64,000 nucleotides of DNA from Escherichia coli (GTDB taxonomy: Bacteria > Pseudomonadota > Gammaproteobacteria > Enterobacterales > Enterobacteriaceae): assembly GCF_044324785.1 (NCBI RefSeq), contig NZ_CP172127.1, one strand, 5' to 3'. The position numbers and the translations under genes were made by a program. Under the pieces are notes generated by a model that was not told the origin of the DNA, made no database searches, and was given only the letters and a program-made list of their open reading frames with translations. Positions 8,822 to 18,765 of the stretch are shown here, in pieces (the stretch's first letter is position 1; each line of letters begins with the position of its first letter).

Positions 8822-10648
8822 ATGGCAATAATATCGGGTGTATACGCAAATGGGGTCGGCGAGCCCGTTGTCGGCGTTCAGTTAGTATTAACAGCACGGG
8901 TCACGAGTTCACGCGTAGTAATGACCACTGTTGTAGAGCAAGAAACAGGCGCGGCGGGTGAGTACAAATTTGATATGAAGCCCGGAGTTTACGTTGTCAC
9001 TGCTAGTGCGGCATATCTCGGCGTGATTAACGTTAACCCGGACAGTGTTGACGGCACGTTAAACGACTATTTGACTAATTTTAGCGCAGACGAACTGACG
9101 CCAGCTGCGTTGGCGGAGATCCAGGAACTCGTTGCCACAGCACAAGCCGCTGCCAGTGTTGCCAGCGCCGCCGCAACGGAGGCCAGGCAGAATGCCGCCG
9201 CCGCCGCTGCTGCTGCGCAGATTTCGACGGCAGCGGCAGGGAGCGCCAGATTTGAGAATTTTGACGAAATTATCAATGTCAATACAACAGCAATGCTGGA
9301 GCTGGAAAAACCGGAGGTGTTAGATCCGGATATTGCAATAACTATCACAGAGACGATTAATTATAACTATATTGGCCCGGTAAACGGATTTTGCGACGTT
9401 ACTAGCCCGCTTGAATATAAAATTCAAATGTACGCCTACACAACAGGCGAATATTTTAACGGCGAAACAAATTTAACAGCGGACGGGAAGTTTTCTTTTA
9501 AACGTTCCTGGGCTGGTGCAAAACAATTCAGATTGGTGCGCGTAGCAGATAGTAAATGGATCACTACGCTGGAATACCCGCTGTGTATTCGCAGTTACTG
9601 GATGCCCGCTGACGCCGATCCCGAGGTAGTCAGCGTCATGAAAGACCGTTGCTACACATATGATCAGGCGTGCGCGGCGCTGGCTCTCATGGCGCAGAAT
9701 CACGAGGCGGTAGAGCGTTATGTTACGGGTCTGTGCGCCCTGGTGGGTGAAAACGGCGGCATTAAATTTTTTGTTAACCGGCTGTCCGCACAGTCCTCCC
9801 GCGAATATTACCGCACGGGTAACGCGGCGTGGGTGTTGTACGCCCTGGCATTCTATCTGAGCAAATACCCTACCGGCAGTAACGCTGAGTTAGCGCGCGC
9901 GAAATTAAACGCCGGGCTAACCTGGCTGGACGGTCTGAAGGTTGACGCCAGCGGCGACCCGCGCCACGGCTTATACATGGGCGGCAACGGTAAATATCTG
10001 GAGGACGGATCATTTGATCCGAATTATGTTGCGACCTGGTGCGCGCTCGAGCACAACGTTGATATTTATTTTTTATTCGAACTCGTTGGACGGTTAACCG
10101 ATTTTACCGGATACGAACTGCGAGCCACCACGCTGGCTGCAAATATCGTGGAAAAATTCTGGATTGAGAGCGAGGGGCGATTCCGGCAGGGCGTGCACAT
10201 TGACGGCCCGGACAACGCCGCAGCGCTGGATCAATCGAGTTGGGGCGGGATATTCGCAGTAAAAGCCGCGCCGGAGTTGGCGGAAAAATGCCGCCGTTAT
10301 ATGGAAAGATTCCGGTTCGGCACACTGGAGAGCACCGGTTATACACCGTATCACCCGGACTACGGATACAGCGGCCATAGCCGTGGCGTGTGGACCGAGG
10401 GTACAGCGGGTGTAGCACTATTCGAACGTGCGCTAGGGAACGAGCAGAGAGCTACCGATCTGATCGCGGGATTAAAACCACTGCGTAATGAATACGGCTA
10501 TCGCGACTCATGCGACGATAAAAAATACGACACACTGCCGGACTGGCCGTCGACTACAAACACCGCTTGGGTTATTTTAACATGCAAGCCGGCGGGGTTT
10601 TGGTGCGTAGATTTCCCGGTATTGGACGTTGGTATCGTCAGGTACTGA
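8822..10648 (+). CDS. Side-tail-fiber-like protein: lambda Stf-like N-terminal domain, Ala-rich linker, and an unassigned ~400-aa C-terminal domain
   Basis: N-terminus MAIISGVYANGVGEPVVGVQLVLTARV...GEYKFDMKPGVYVV...GTLNDYL parallels the lambda Stf N-terminus. An AAAAAAAAQISTAAAG stretch follows, then a Trp/Tyr-rich globular region with no transmembrane or signal sequence. Confidence 0.6.
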   Translation: MAIISGVYANGVGEPVVGVQLVLTARVTSSRVVMTTVVEQETGAAGEYKFDMKPGVYVVTASAAYLGVINVNPDSVDGTLNDYLTNFSADELTPAALAEIQELVATAQAAASVASAAATEARQNAAAAAAAAQISTAAAGSARFENFDEIINVNTTAMLELEKPEVLDPDIAITITETINYNYIGPVNGFCDVTSPLEYKIQMYAYTTGEYFNGETNLTADGKFSFKRSWAGAKQFRLVRVADSKWITTLEYPLCIRSYWMPADADPEVVSVMKDRCYTYDQACAALALMAQNHEAVERYVTGLCALVGENGGIKFFVNRLSAQSSREYYRTGNAAWVLYALAFYLSKYPTGSNAELARAKLNAGLTWLDGLKVDASGDPRHGLYMGGNGKYLEDGSFDPNYVATWCALEHNVDIYFLFELVGRLTDFTGYELRATTLAANIVEKFWIESEGRFRQGVHIDGPDNAAALDQSSWGGIFAVKAAPELAEKCRRYMERFRFGTLESTGYTPYHPDYGYSGHSRGVWTEGTAGVALFERALGNEQRATDLIAGLKPLRNEYGYRDSCDDKKYDTLPDWPSTTNTAWVILTCKPAGFWCVDFPVLDVGIVRY

Positions 10649-10676
10649 CAATTATAATTTTTGGAGTTTTTTATAC

Positions 10677-11096
10677 ATGGTCGTTAAAAATATTCTTGCC
10701 TTTGGGATTATGTGTGCGCTTGCTGGTTGTGCAACCAAGCCAGTCTCAAACGAGCAGGCTACTCCCGTTCCAGAAAAACAGGTAATCAATAGCGCAATAC
10801 TCGAAAAAAGAGATGGGACAGGAGAGGTGATCATCAAGCGTGATTCGGGTTTCTTTGGGAGCGCGTGCTTTTCCCGTGTTTATGTTGATGGTAAAGAGGT
10901 GGCAGATTTAGGTACAGCTCAGAAAGTCGTTGTATACCCAACGATTGGTGATCATGTCTTCAGCGCGTGGCCAAAAGGAGTATGTGGTGGTGGCATGAGT
11001 GAGCAGGCGGGCAAGGTGACAACAGATCGTACTTTGATGTATCGCATAGGTTACGGTTCAAACGGTGAATATGGCATTCACCCAACTGCGTTTTAA
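10677..11096 (+). CDS. Small predicted outer-membrane lipoprotein (prophage cargo)
   Basis: GGAG about 10 nt upstream of the ATG at 10677. Signal peptide MVVKNILAFGIMCALAGC with lipobox LAGC; the residue after Cys is Ala (not an Asp inner-membrane retention signal); several Cys in the mature part. Confidence 0.55.
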   Translation: MVVKNILAFGIMCALAGCATKPVSNEQATPVPEKQVINSAILEKRDGTGEVIIKRDSGFFGSACFSRVYVDGKEVADLGTAQKVVVYPTIGDHVFSAWPKGVCGGGMSEQAGKVTTDRTLMYRIGYGSNGEYGIHPTAF

Positions 11097-11253
11097 CTGT
11101 GTTGGGTATGCGATTTTATTCGCATACCCCTTAGGGCAATTGACGATACTTCCAAATGACCATTATTTTACGTGTGGCCTCGATGTTGCGCACATGAGAG
11201 TTCTATATTCTTTCAAACAGGATTATCCCATTGATTTAATTATACTTTCGTAT

Positions 11254-11314
11254 GGTCTCGAAAACCGGAGTAGGGGCAACTCTACCGGGGGTTCAAATCC
11301 CCCTCTCTCCGCCA
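11254..11314 (+). repeat. Partial 3' copy (61 nt) of tRNA-Ser(CGA), serU-like; putative prophage attR
   Basis: GGTCTCGAAAACCGGAGTAGGGGCAACTCTACCGGGGGTTCAAATCCCCCTCTCTCCGCCA matches the anticodon-stem-to-CCA part of E. coli serU as I remember it. The upstream sequence does not match the tRNA 5' half. Confidence 0.8.
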
Positions 11315-11860
11315 CTTTATCAATGACTTATCTCCCGACTTCCCGCCTTGCTTTTCCTAAACAGAACAATCGTAGAATATTCTTGAAGGGTTAGATCGTC
11401 ACTGTTTTCTGTTCGATACTGTGACATTCAGCACTTGATTCGCTATGGATCTGACAGGAAGGTTTCGAGCGAAAATCTGCAGTTATTCAGTCGTTTTCTT
11501 ATCGCTCACCATTATTCTTTTAGACATTCATCCTATGAAACTGCCGCAAAGTTGGTGGTGGGAACTGAAGTTGCGTAGAGAAGGGGGCAATAATTGAGCC
11601 AAAAAAGGAACGCGGCCGTCAGATTAAAGCCGCGGGACAAAGTCCATAATTTCCAAGAGTTGTTGAATTTCCCAGCTTTTTTGAAAGCCTTTGTATCATA
11701 CTAACAAGTAAAAAAGGTTTAAATACCAAAATTAACCTATATTTCTGGTTAGCTTTACCATGACAGATGACTTGCTTCTGGAGACATTGGCGCTGCCAGT
11801 CTGTATTGGTGAGTTGTGTATTTATTGTTCGCCGCTTTCTCGGTTTTTTTCTACAGACAT

Positions 11861-11894
11861 AATAAAAAAGACACGTCTCAAGCATGAGCGTGTC
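11861..11894 (-). terminator. Rho-independent terminator downstream of zinT
   Basis: Hairpin GACACGTCTCA-AGCA-TGAGCGTGTC, followed on the minus strand by a T-run. Confidence 0.6.
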
Positions 11895-11983
11895 TGAGTT
11901 TGTTTTATTTATTTGTCTTGGTAAATTATTGTCGTTACTACCAGGCACTGTTCTGTTAAATAATTGAAGTCAGCGCAAAAAAA

Positions 11984-12634
11984 TCAATGAGACATCATCT
12001 CCTCGACCACTTCTTCGCTACTCAACTGATAGGGATAATACGTTGGCCAGTTTTCCATTTCATTTAATAAAGATTGCTGTGAATCATTACCCATAAAAAT
12101 GTGAAAATGAGATGATTTTCGTGGTGCAATTATATGATCGCTAAATTGAATATATTTAGGGGCTTTGCTTTCAGGATCTTTACATTCGAATAAGTAACGA
12201 ACGCCTTTCTTGCCTGATTTATAGGTGAGTATTTTGTATCCATCATAATCATATTTACAGGATGTTGTTTCATTATTTCTATGGAATTCAACAATGCCGT
12301 CCTCAATGCCAATCATCTCGATATCTGTCACATAACCTTTGCGATAATAATCTTTAATTTCAGCAAATGTTTTAGTTTTATCTGCATCCGCTTTCTTCTG
12401 AAAGACGGGGTCAAGTTTGCCACTTTGCAGTAAAGGATAAACGGATTGCCAGACTCCATCCCAGTCACTGAGCGTTCGGTTTTGTACATTGGCATCATCA
12501 AAAACACCATTAGCAGCTTTTTGTTCGACCTCTGTTAAGGGTTTGCCGTGTGAGTGATGACCATGCGAAAAGGCAGGAGCGCTAACAATAAAGACACCTA
12601 AAGCAACAGCCAGTTTATGAAGACGAATCGCCAA
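11984..12634 (-). CDS. zinT: Zinc/cadmium-binding periplasmic protein ZinT (YodA)
   Basis: 216 aa with signal peptide and His-rich HGHHSHG motif; recognised as E. coli ZinT. Confidence 0.9.
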   Translation of the reverse strand: MAIRLHKLAVALGVFIVSAPAFSHGHHSHGKPLTEVEQKAANGVFDDANVQNRTLSDWDGVWQSVYPLLQSGKLDPVFQKKADADKTKTFAEIKDYYRKGYVTDIEMIGIEDGIVEFHRNNETTSCKYDYDGYKILTYKSGKKGVRYLFECKDPESKAPKYIQFSDHIIAPRKSSHFHIFMGNDSQQSLLNEMENWPTYYPYQLSSEEVVEEMMSH

Positions 12635-12668
12635 AACAGTTTCCTCCAGAGTTAATGTATATGATGTG

Positions 12669-12689
12669 TAATGTTATATTGTAACATAT
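12669..12689. promoter_or_regulatory. Candidate Zur box upstream of zinT
   Basis: Near-palindrome TAATGTTATATTGTAACATAT about 35 bp upstream of the zinT start codon. Confidence 0.55.
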
Positions 12690-12812
12690 AACAAAATGCA
12701 ACAACTCTTAGGAGACAAGAGAATAGTTATCTCAGGTGTGCTTATCTATCTTATTGAAATAAAATAAATTATGTCGATGATTTGAGGTTGATGACAAACG
12801 AAACATAACTTG

Positions 12813-12860
12813 ATGTGATCTGCGTAGGCCGGATAGGGCGCTCGCGCCGCATCCGGCAGG
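12813..12860. repeat. REP (repetitive extragenic palindromic) element
   Basis: GCGTAGGCCGGATAGGGCGCTCGCGCCGCATCCGGCAGG is the typical E. coli REP consensus type. Confidence 0.7.
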
Positions 12861-12890
12861 GATAACGCGTACTTTGTCGGCAATATGAAG

Positions 12891-13526
12891 TTATACAGAT
12901 AATTTGTTGTGAACCTGCTTGCGTAACCGGTTAAAAAGGGAACGCAACTTCTTATACCGTAAGGCTAAAAGCAGTACAGCCAGCCCAGCGTAGATGAGTG
13001 GCTGCGGTGAAATAATCTTCACTGACCACAGATAATGTACTGGGGCAAGGATCGCGACAAGATAGACGAAGTTATGCAACTGTTGCCAGTTTTTGCCGAG
13101 TTTTCGCTGCATCGCCTGGGTTGAAGTGAACGCTAAAGCAAGCAAAATTATCCAGCTGATAATACCTAACGTTAAATAAGGCCGGGTAATTAACTCCTTG
13201 CCTAATAACGCCAGATTATTCACGCCCAGCTCCAGTAATGCGTAACTGGTTAAATGCAGTGTCGCCCAGGCAAAGCACCATAAGCCTAACAGGCGGCGAG
13301 TGCGTATCAATAACGGCTGTTTTGCGTAGCGTGCCAGAGGTGTGATTAACAAGGTCGCCAGCAAAAATTTCAGTGCAGTGCGACCAGTAAAATGCTGAAT
13401 ATCTTTCACCGGATCGGCACCCAATCCACCGTGATTAATCGCCCAGACCAGCCAGAGAAACGGCAACAATCCGGCAAGATGCAGGCAAACTTTCAGCCAT
13501 GTCACCTGTTTTGCTGTCAGACGCAT
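12891..13526 (-). CDS. msrQ: Methionine sulfoxide reductase heme-binding subunit MsrQ (YedZ)
   Basis: 211-aa polytopic membrane protein directly downstream of msrP; recognised. Confidence 0.9.
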   Translation of the reverse strand: MRLTAKQVTWLKVCLHLAGLLPFLWLVWAINHGGLGADPVKDIQHFTGRTALKFLLATLLITPLARYAKQPLLIRTRRLLGLWCFAWATLHLTSYALLELGVNNLALLGKELITRPYLTLGIISWIILLALAFTSTQAMQRKLGKNWQQLHNFVYLVAILAPVHYLWSVKIISPQPLIYAGLAVLLLALRYKKLRSLFNRLRKQVHNKLSV

Positions 13527-14537
<1,011 letters not shown>

Positions 14538-14639
14538 TCACACTTTTTTGTCTTTAGCCAGCAAGAGCCGTTTACTGTTAATCTGTCAGGGAGTCACCTC
14601 CCTAACAGTAGCAGAGATCTGCTTTTACATATTTATGCA

Positions 14640-15053
14640 TTAACTGCCACGATAGGTTGAATACCCATATTGGCTAAGTAATAAAGGCACATGATAATGC
14701 TCGTTCACTTTATTAATATGAAATTCAACGGGGATCTCAGGGAAGAAACTTTCAAGATTTTGTTTCTTGAAATAGTCCCCGGTTTTAAATACGACACGGT
14801 AATCGCCCGTAGTTGCAGTTTGCTCGGGCCACAGTGCCTTAATTCGTCCATCCTTATCTGTTTTGGCGGTATTAAGTTGTAACCAGCCGTTATCCGCTTT
14901 CTTTTCAAGAGTGACTGTCACGTCGGCAGCGGGTTTTCCTGTTTGCTGGTTCAAAATGTGCACGCTAAGAATGTTTTGTTGTGCAGCATAGACCAAAGAA
15001 GGTAATGAAAATGCAGCCGTTACTACGGAGAGTACTAAATAACGCTTTAACAT
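14640..15053 (-). CDS. hiuH: 5-hydroxyisourate hydrolase (transthyretin-like) HiuH (YedX)
   Basis: 137 aa with signal peptide and C-terminal YRGS, the transthyretin-family signature. Confidence 0.9.
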   Translation of the reverse strand: MLKRYLVLSVVTAAFSLPSLVYAAQQNILSVHILNQQTGKPAADVTVTLEKKADNGWLQLNTAKTDKDGRIKALWPEQTATTGDYRVVFKTGDYFKKQNLESFFPEIPVEFHINKVNEHYHVPLLLSQYGYSTYRGS

Positions 15054-15122
15054 GTTTATATCCTTGTCATGTGAATGAGTTTTGAGGATAGCGAAAAAGC
15101 GTCCAGGGTAACCTTACAGAAG

Positions 15123-15140
15123 CATTACAATTTTGTAATG
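15123..15140. promoter_or_regulatory. Perfect 18-bp palindrome in the hiuH-hprR divergent region; candidate HprR/CusR-type box
   Basis: CATTACAATTTTGTAATG lies between the divergent hiuH and hprR starts. Confidence 0.6.
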
Positions 15141-15185
15141 AACCAGGCTGTTTCTATAACATATGATTTATGGCATATTATTTTC

Positions 15186-15857
15186 ATGAAGATTCTACTT
15201 ATTGAAGATAATCAAAGGACCCAGGAATGGGTAACGCAGGGGCTTTCCGAAGCGGGTTATGTCATTGATGCCGTTACTGATGGCAGAGATGGGCTTTATC
15301 TTGCGCTGAAGGATGATTATGCATTGATCATTCTGGATATTATGCTTCCGGGTATGGATGGCTGGCAGATCTTACAAACGTTAAGAACGGCAAAGCAAAC
15401 TCCTGTTATTTGCCTTACTGCAAGAGATTCTGTCGATGACAGAGTCAGAGGGCTGGACAGTGGGGCAAATGATTATCTGGTAAAACCTTTTTCATTTTCT
15501 GAGTTGCTGGCAAGGGTTCGGGCACAATTAAGGCAACATCACGCTTTGAATTCAACATTAGAAATCAGCGGCTTAAGAATGGACTCTGTTAGTCAAAGTG
15601 TGAGCAGGGACAATATCAGTATTACACTGACGCGCAAGGAGTTTCAGTTACTTTGGCTACTGGCCTCCAGAGCTGGCGAAATTATACCCAGAACGGTTAT
15701 TGCGAGTGAAATTTGGGGAATCAACTTTGATAGTGATACCAATACGGTGGATGTCGCCATTCGCAGGCTCCGCGCAAAAGTTGATGATCCTTTTCCTGAA
15801 AAGCTAATCGCCACAATCCGGGGGATGGGCTATTCATTCGTAGCGGTAAAAAAATAA
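15186..15857 (+). CDS. hprR: Two-component response regulator HprR (YedW)
   Basis: OmpR-family receiver plus winged-helix domains (MKILLIEDNQRT...); start chosen at MKILLIEDN. Confidence 0.9.
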   Translation: MKILLIEDNQRTQEWVTQGLSEAGYVIDAVTDGRDGLYLALKDDYALIILDIMLPGMDGWQILQTLRTAKQTPVICLTARDSVDDRVRGLDSGANDYLVKPFSFSELLARVRAQLRQHHALNSTLEISGLRMDSVSQSVSRDNISITLTRKEFQLLWLLASRAGEIIPRTVIASEIWGINFDSDTNTVDVAIRRLRAKVDDPFPEKLIATIRGMGYSFVAVKK

Positions 15858-17215
15858 TGAAAAGATTATCTATAACCGTCCGTTTAACCTTGCTTTTTAT
15901 ATTGCTGCTGTCTGTTGCTGGCGCTGGAATTGTCTGGACTCTCTATAATGGCCTGGCAAGTGAGTTGAAATGGCGCGATGATACAACACTCATTAACCGG
16001 ACAGCGCAGATCAAGCAGTTGTTAATTGATGGGGTAAATCCAGATACGTTACCTGTGTACTTTAACCGGATGATGGATGTTAGTCAGGATATCTTGATCA
16101 TTCATGGTGATGGCATCAATAAAATTGTTAACCGGACGAATGTCAGTGATGACATGTTAAATAACATACCTGCTACTGAGACAATCAGCGCAGCTGGCAT
16201 TTACAGAAGCATTATTAATGACACTGAGATAGATGCTTTACGAATTAATATTGATGAAGTTTCGCCATCATTAACGGTTACTGTGGCTAAATTGGCTTCA
16301 GCCAGACATAACATGCTTGAACAGTATAAAATTAATAGCATTATAATTTGCATTGTCGCCATTATACTGTGCTCAGTATTAAGTCCGTTGTTAATCAGAA
16401 CGGGGTTACGAGAGATCAAAAAGTTGAGTGGTGTAACGGAAGCGCTGAATTATAACGATAGCCGAGAGCCTGTTGAGGTTAGCGCATTACCGAGAGAACT
16501 AAAACCTCTTGGGCAGGCGTTGAATAAAATGCACCAAGCCTTAGTCAAAGATTTTGAACGCCTAAGTCAATTTGCTGACGATCTCGCTCATGAACTTAGA
16601 ACGCCAATTAATGCATTACTGGGTCAGAATCAGGTTACGCTCAGTCAAACCAGAAGTATCGCTGAATATCAAAAAACAATTGCCGGAAACATTGAAGAGC
16701 TGGAAAATATTTCGCGGTTAACAGAGAACATACTGTTTCTTGCCAGGGCAGATAAAAACAATGTTTTGGTGAAACTGGATTCGCTTTCTCTCAATAAGGA
16801 AGTCGAAAATTTGTTGGACTATCTTGAATACCTTTCAGACGAGAAAGAGATTTGCTTTAAGGTCGAGTGCAATCAGCAAATCTTTGCGGATAAAATTTTA
16901 CTGCAACGAATGTTATCGAATCTTATTGTTAACGCTATTCGATATTCACCAGAAAAATCGCGCATTCAGATAACCAGTTTTCTTGATGCCAACGGCTCTC
17001 TTAATATTGATATCGCCAGCCCTGGAACGATAATTAATGAGCCTGAAAAACTCTTCCGTAGATTTTGGCGGGGAGATAATTCGCGTCATTCCGTAGGTCA
17101 GGGACTTGGTCTTTCTTTAGTCAAAGCGATTGCCGAATTGCATGGGGGAAGTGCTACGTATCACTATCTCAATAAGCATAACGTGTTCCGAATTACGTTA
17201 CCGCAAAGAAATTAA
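15857..17215 (+). CDS. hprS: Sensor histidine kinase HprS (YedV)
   Basis: 452 aa with two TM segments, HAMP-like region and H-box (AHELRTPIN); start overlaps the hprR stop. Confidence 0.9.
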   Translation: MKRLSITVRLTLLFILLLSVAGAGIVWTLYNGLASELKWRDDTTLINRTAQIKQLLIDGVNPDTLPVYFNRMMDVSQDILIIHGDGINKIVNRTNVSDDMLNNIPATETISAAGIYRSIINDTEIDALRINIDEVSPSLTVTVAKLASARHNMLEQYKINSIIICIVAIILCSVLSPLLIRTGLREIKKLSGVTEALNYNDSREPVEVSALPRELKPLGQALNKMHQALVKDFERLSQFADDLAHELRTPINALLGQNQVTLSQTRSIAEYQKTIAGNIEELENISRLTENILFLARADKNNVLVKLDSLSLNKEVENLLDYLEYLSDEKEICFKVECNQQIFADKILLQRMLSNLIVNAIRYSPEKSRIQITSFLDANGSLNIDIASPGTIINEPEKLFRRFWRGDNSRHSVGQGLGLSLVKAIAELHGGSATYHYLNKHNVFRITLPQRN

Positions 17216-17322
17216 TATATGTCTTCAGTACGCCTTAAATTAACCATGAAAAAACGCAGCTACGTCGTGAGTATTAACGTGGCTGCGATTGATTATGCGC
17301 TTACATTACAATGTAACAGGGA

Positions 17323-18174
17323 TTAACTCGAGTAAGCGGCCAGCATTTCCTGCGCCGCCAGTTTACCCAACGCATTCGCTGCGAAAGGACTGTCGCCGGT
17401 GAGAACTTTACGGTCCTTATGTACTCGTCCGGTGATGTCGTCATTAATGATGTTCATGCCCATTTTCTTCAGCTCTTCGCCGAAGTACCAGGTGAGATGA
17501 CCCGGCATATAGCCTATCTCTGGCGTTTGTTTGTCTGCGGCGTCTGGGAATGCGCAAATGGAATAACCATTCAGTGGGTTATCGCCGTGGCGAAGCGCCA
17601 GAAAAGCCGCCGGGCCGTGGCAAAGGGAGATAACAAAACGGTCATTTTTGATTGCCCACTGTAAAGCGGCAGCTACGTCCTGGCTTTCAGGTAAACCAAT
17701 AAGTGCGCCATGACCACCAGGAACAAAGATTGCTGCATATTCGCTGTCAGCGTTGAGGCTGGCGACAACATCCGCGAGTTTCTTCGGATTGCGGAACAAC
17801 GATTTATGCTGCTCAAAGAATGGCATTACTTTTTCATCTTTGTGCGGCATAGCCCAGTATTCAAACTTGGTCATCAGACCGGAAATGGTCGCCACTTCGA
17901 ATTCGAAACCTGCAGCATGGAGATGATACAACGGCAGCAACGTTTCAATCGGATGGTTACCGGTCGAGAACAGTTTTCCGTTATCGGTCGGCAAATAACG
18001 TTCGTCCGCGGCGATCACCAGAATTTTATGTTTACCGCGATACGGTTTTGGATAGTCCACGCCATCAAGATCAGAGACAGGACTGGTATATTGGCTAAGC
18101 GAATATTCTGAAGGGAAGAATGCATTATCTTCAGCAATATCGACCTGCGGATTTTTACTTGTTTGAACAGTCAT
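17323..18174 (-). CDS. hchA: Hsp31 glyoxalase/chaperone HchA
   Basis: 283 aa; recognised as E. coli HchA (DJ-1/PfpI family). Confidence 0.9.
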   Translation of the reverse strand: MTVQTSKNPQVDIAEDNAFFPSEYSLSQYTSPVSDLDGVDYPKPYRGKHKILVIAADERYLPTDNGKLFSTGNHPIETLLPLYHLHAAGFEFEVATISGLMTKFEYWAMPHKDEKVMPFFEQHKSLFRNPKKLADVVASLNADSEYAAIFVPGGHGALIGLPESQDVAAALQWAIKNDRFVISLCHGPAAFLALRHGDNPLNGYSICAFPDAADKQTPEIGYMPGHLTWYFGEELKKMGMNIINDDITGRVHKDRKVLTGDSPFAANALGKLAAQEMLAAYSS

Positions 18175-18683
18175 AGTGTATTCCTTATTGTTGCTTAGTT
18201 AGGGTAGTCACTATATTTGCGACTGAGCTGGTCGCTATTTTTAACCAGGCTGGAAAATTGAGTCAATATATCGAAAGCGGTAGTCGGCGGGTGTAAGTAT
18301 GTAATGATGATGCTGCACTGGTGTTGAATATTATTCACGCCAAATTTTCCTTATTGAGCTACGTCGTCGCAAGTGGCCTCAATGATTTTAGACCATTATC
18401 AAAGGTACGGGGCGGCGGGGAGAGATTTAGTTATGTGGAATATTATGGTACTGATGAATATTTATATCCCGGATTGGCAGAGAAAAAGCTTTTTTCATGC
18501 ACTATTTTTGCAAATATTTCTATATGGGAGGCGGTTTTGTTGCGGATTAATTCATAAAGAAATGCATTTGGGTGTTGGCTGGAAGAGACGCTAGTAGATT
18601 TTATTGAGCCAGGAGGGGCGGGGTAATGTGCTGTATCGATATGCTTTGGCAATTGCGTGTGCCGCAGATGGAGATGAAATGCC

Positions 18684-18722
18684 AATAAAAAAGCCTGAGT
18701 TCGATGAGGGACGAACTCAGGC
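18684..18722 (-). terminator. Rho-independent terminator downstream of the porin gene
   Basis: Hairpin GCCTGAGTTCG...CGAACTCAGGC, followed on the minus strand by TTTTTTATT. Confidence 0.6.
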
Positions 18723-18765
18723 TATTGTTATGTTTTACAGTAACACGCCGCAGCGCGTTGGCTGA

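Larger units (their letters stand above)
1..11314 (+). mobile_element. Right-hand part of a P2-like contractile-tail prophage (or tailocin-like element), bounded on the right by a partial tRNA-Ser copy; left end is outside the window
   Basis: Contiguous same-strand tail genes J-I-H-Tfa-sheath-tube-E-T-U-X-D with overlapping or abutting stops and starts, followed by two cargo ORFs and a 61-nt 3' tRNA-Ser(CGA) fragment. K-12 has no such block next to zinT. Confidence 0.75.

Noticed and set aside
10629-10676. Longer start (10629) for the lipoprotein ORF, overlapping the Stf-like gene
   Set aside because: The ATG at 10677 has a GGAG ribosome-binding site at the correct spacing and yields a canonical signal peptide; the longer version would bury the lipobox deep in the sequence.
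11065-11394. 109-aa plus-strand ORF spanning the end of the lipoprotein gene and the tRNA-Ser fragment
   Set aside because: It reads through a tRNA-derived att repeat and begins inside the lipoprotein gene in another frame; almost certainly not coding.
11619-11948. 109-aa minus-strand ORF in the att-zinT spacer
   Set aside because: Lys/Arg/Thr-rich low-complexity translation, overlaps the zinT terminator hairpin and lacks a convincing ribosome-binding site. Kept only as part of the unassigned-segment finding.
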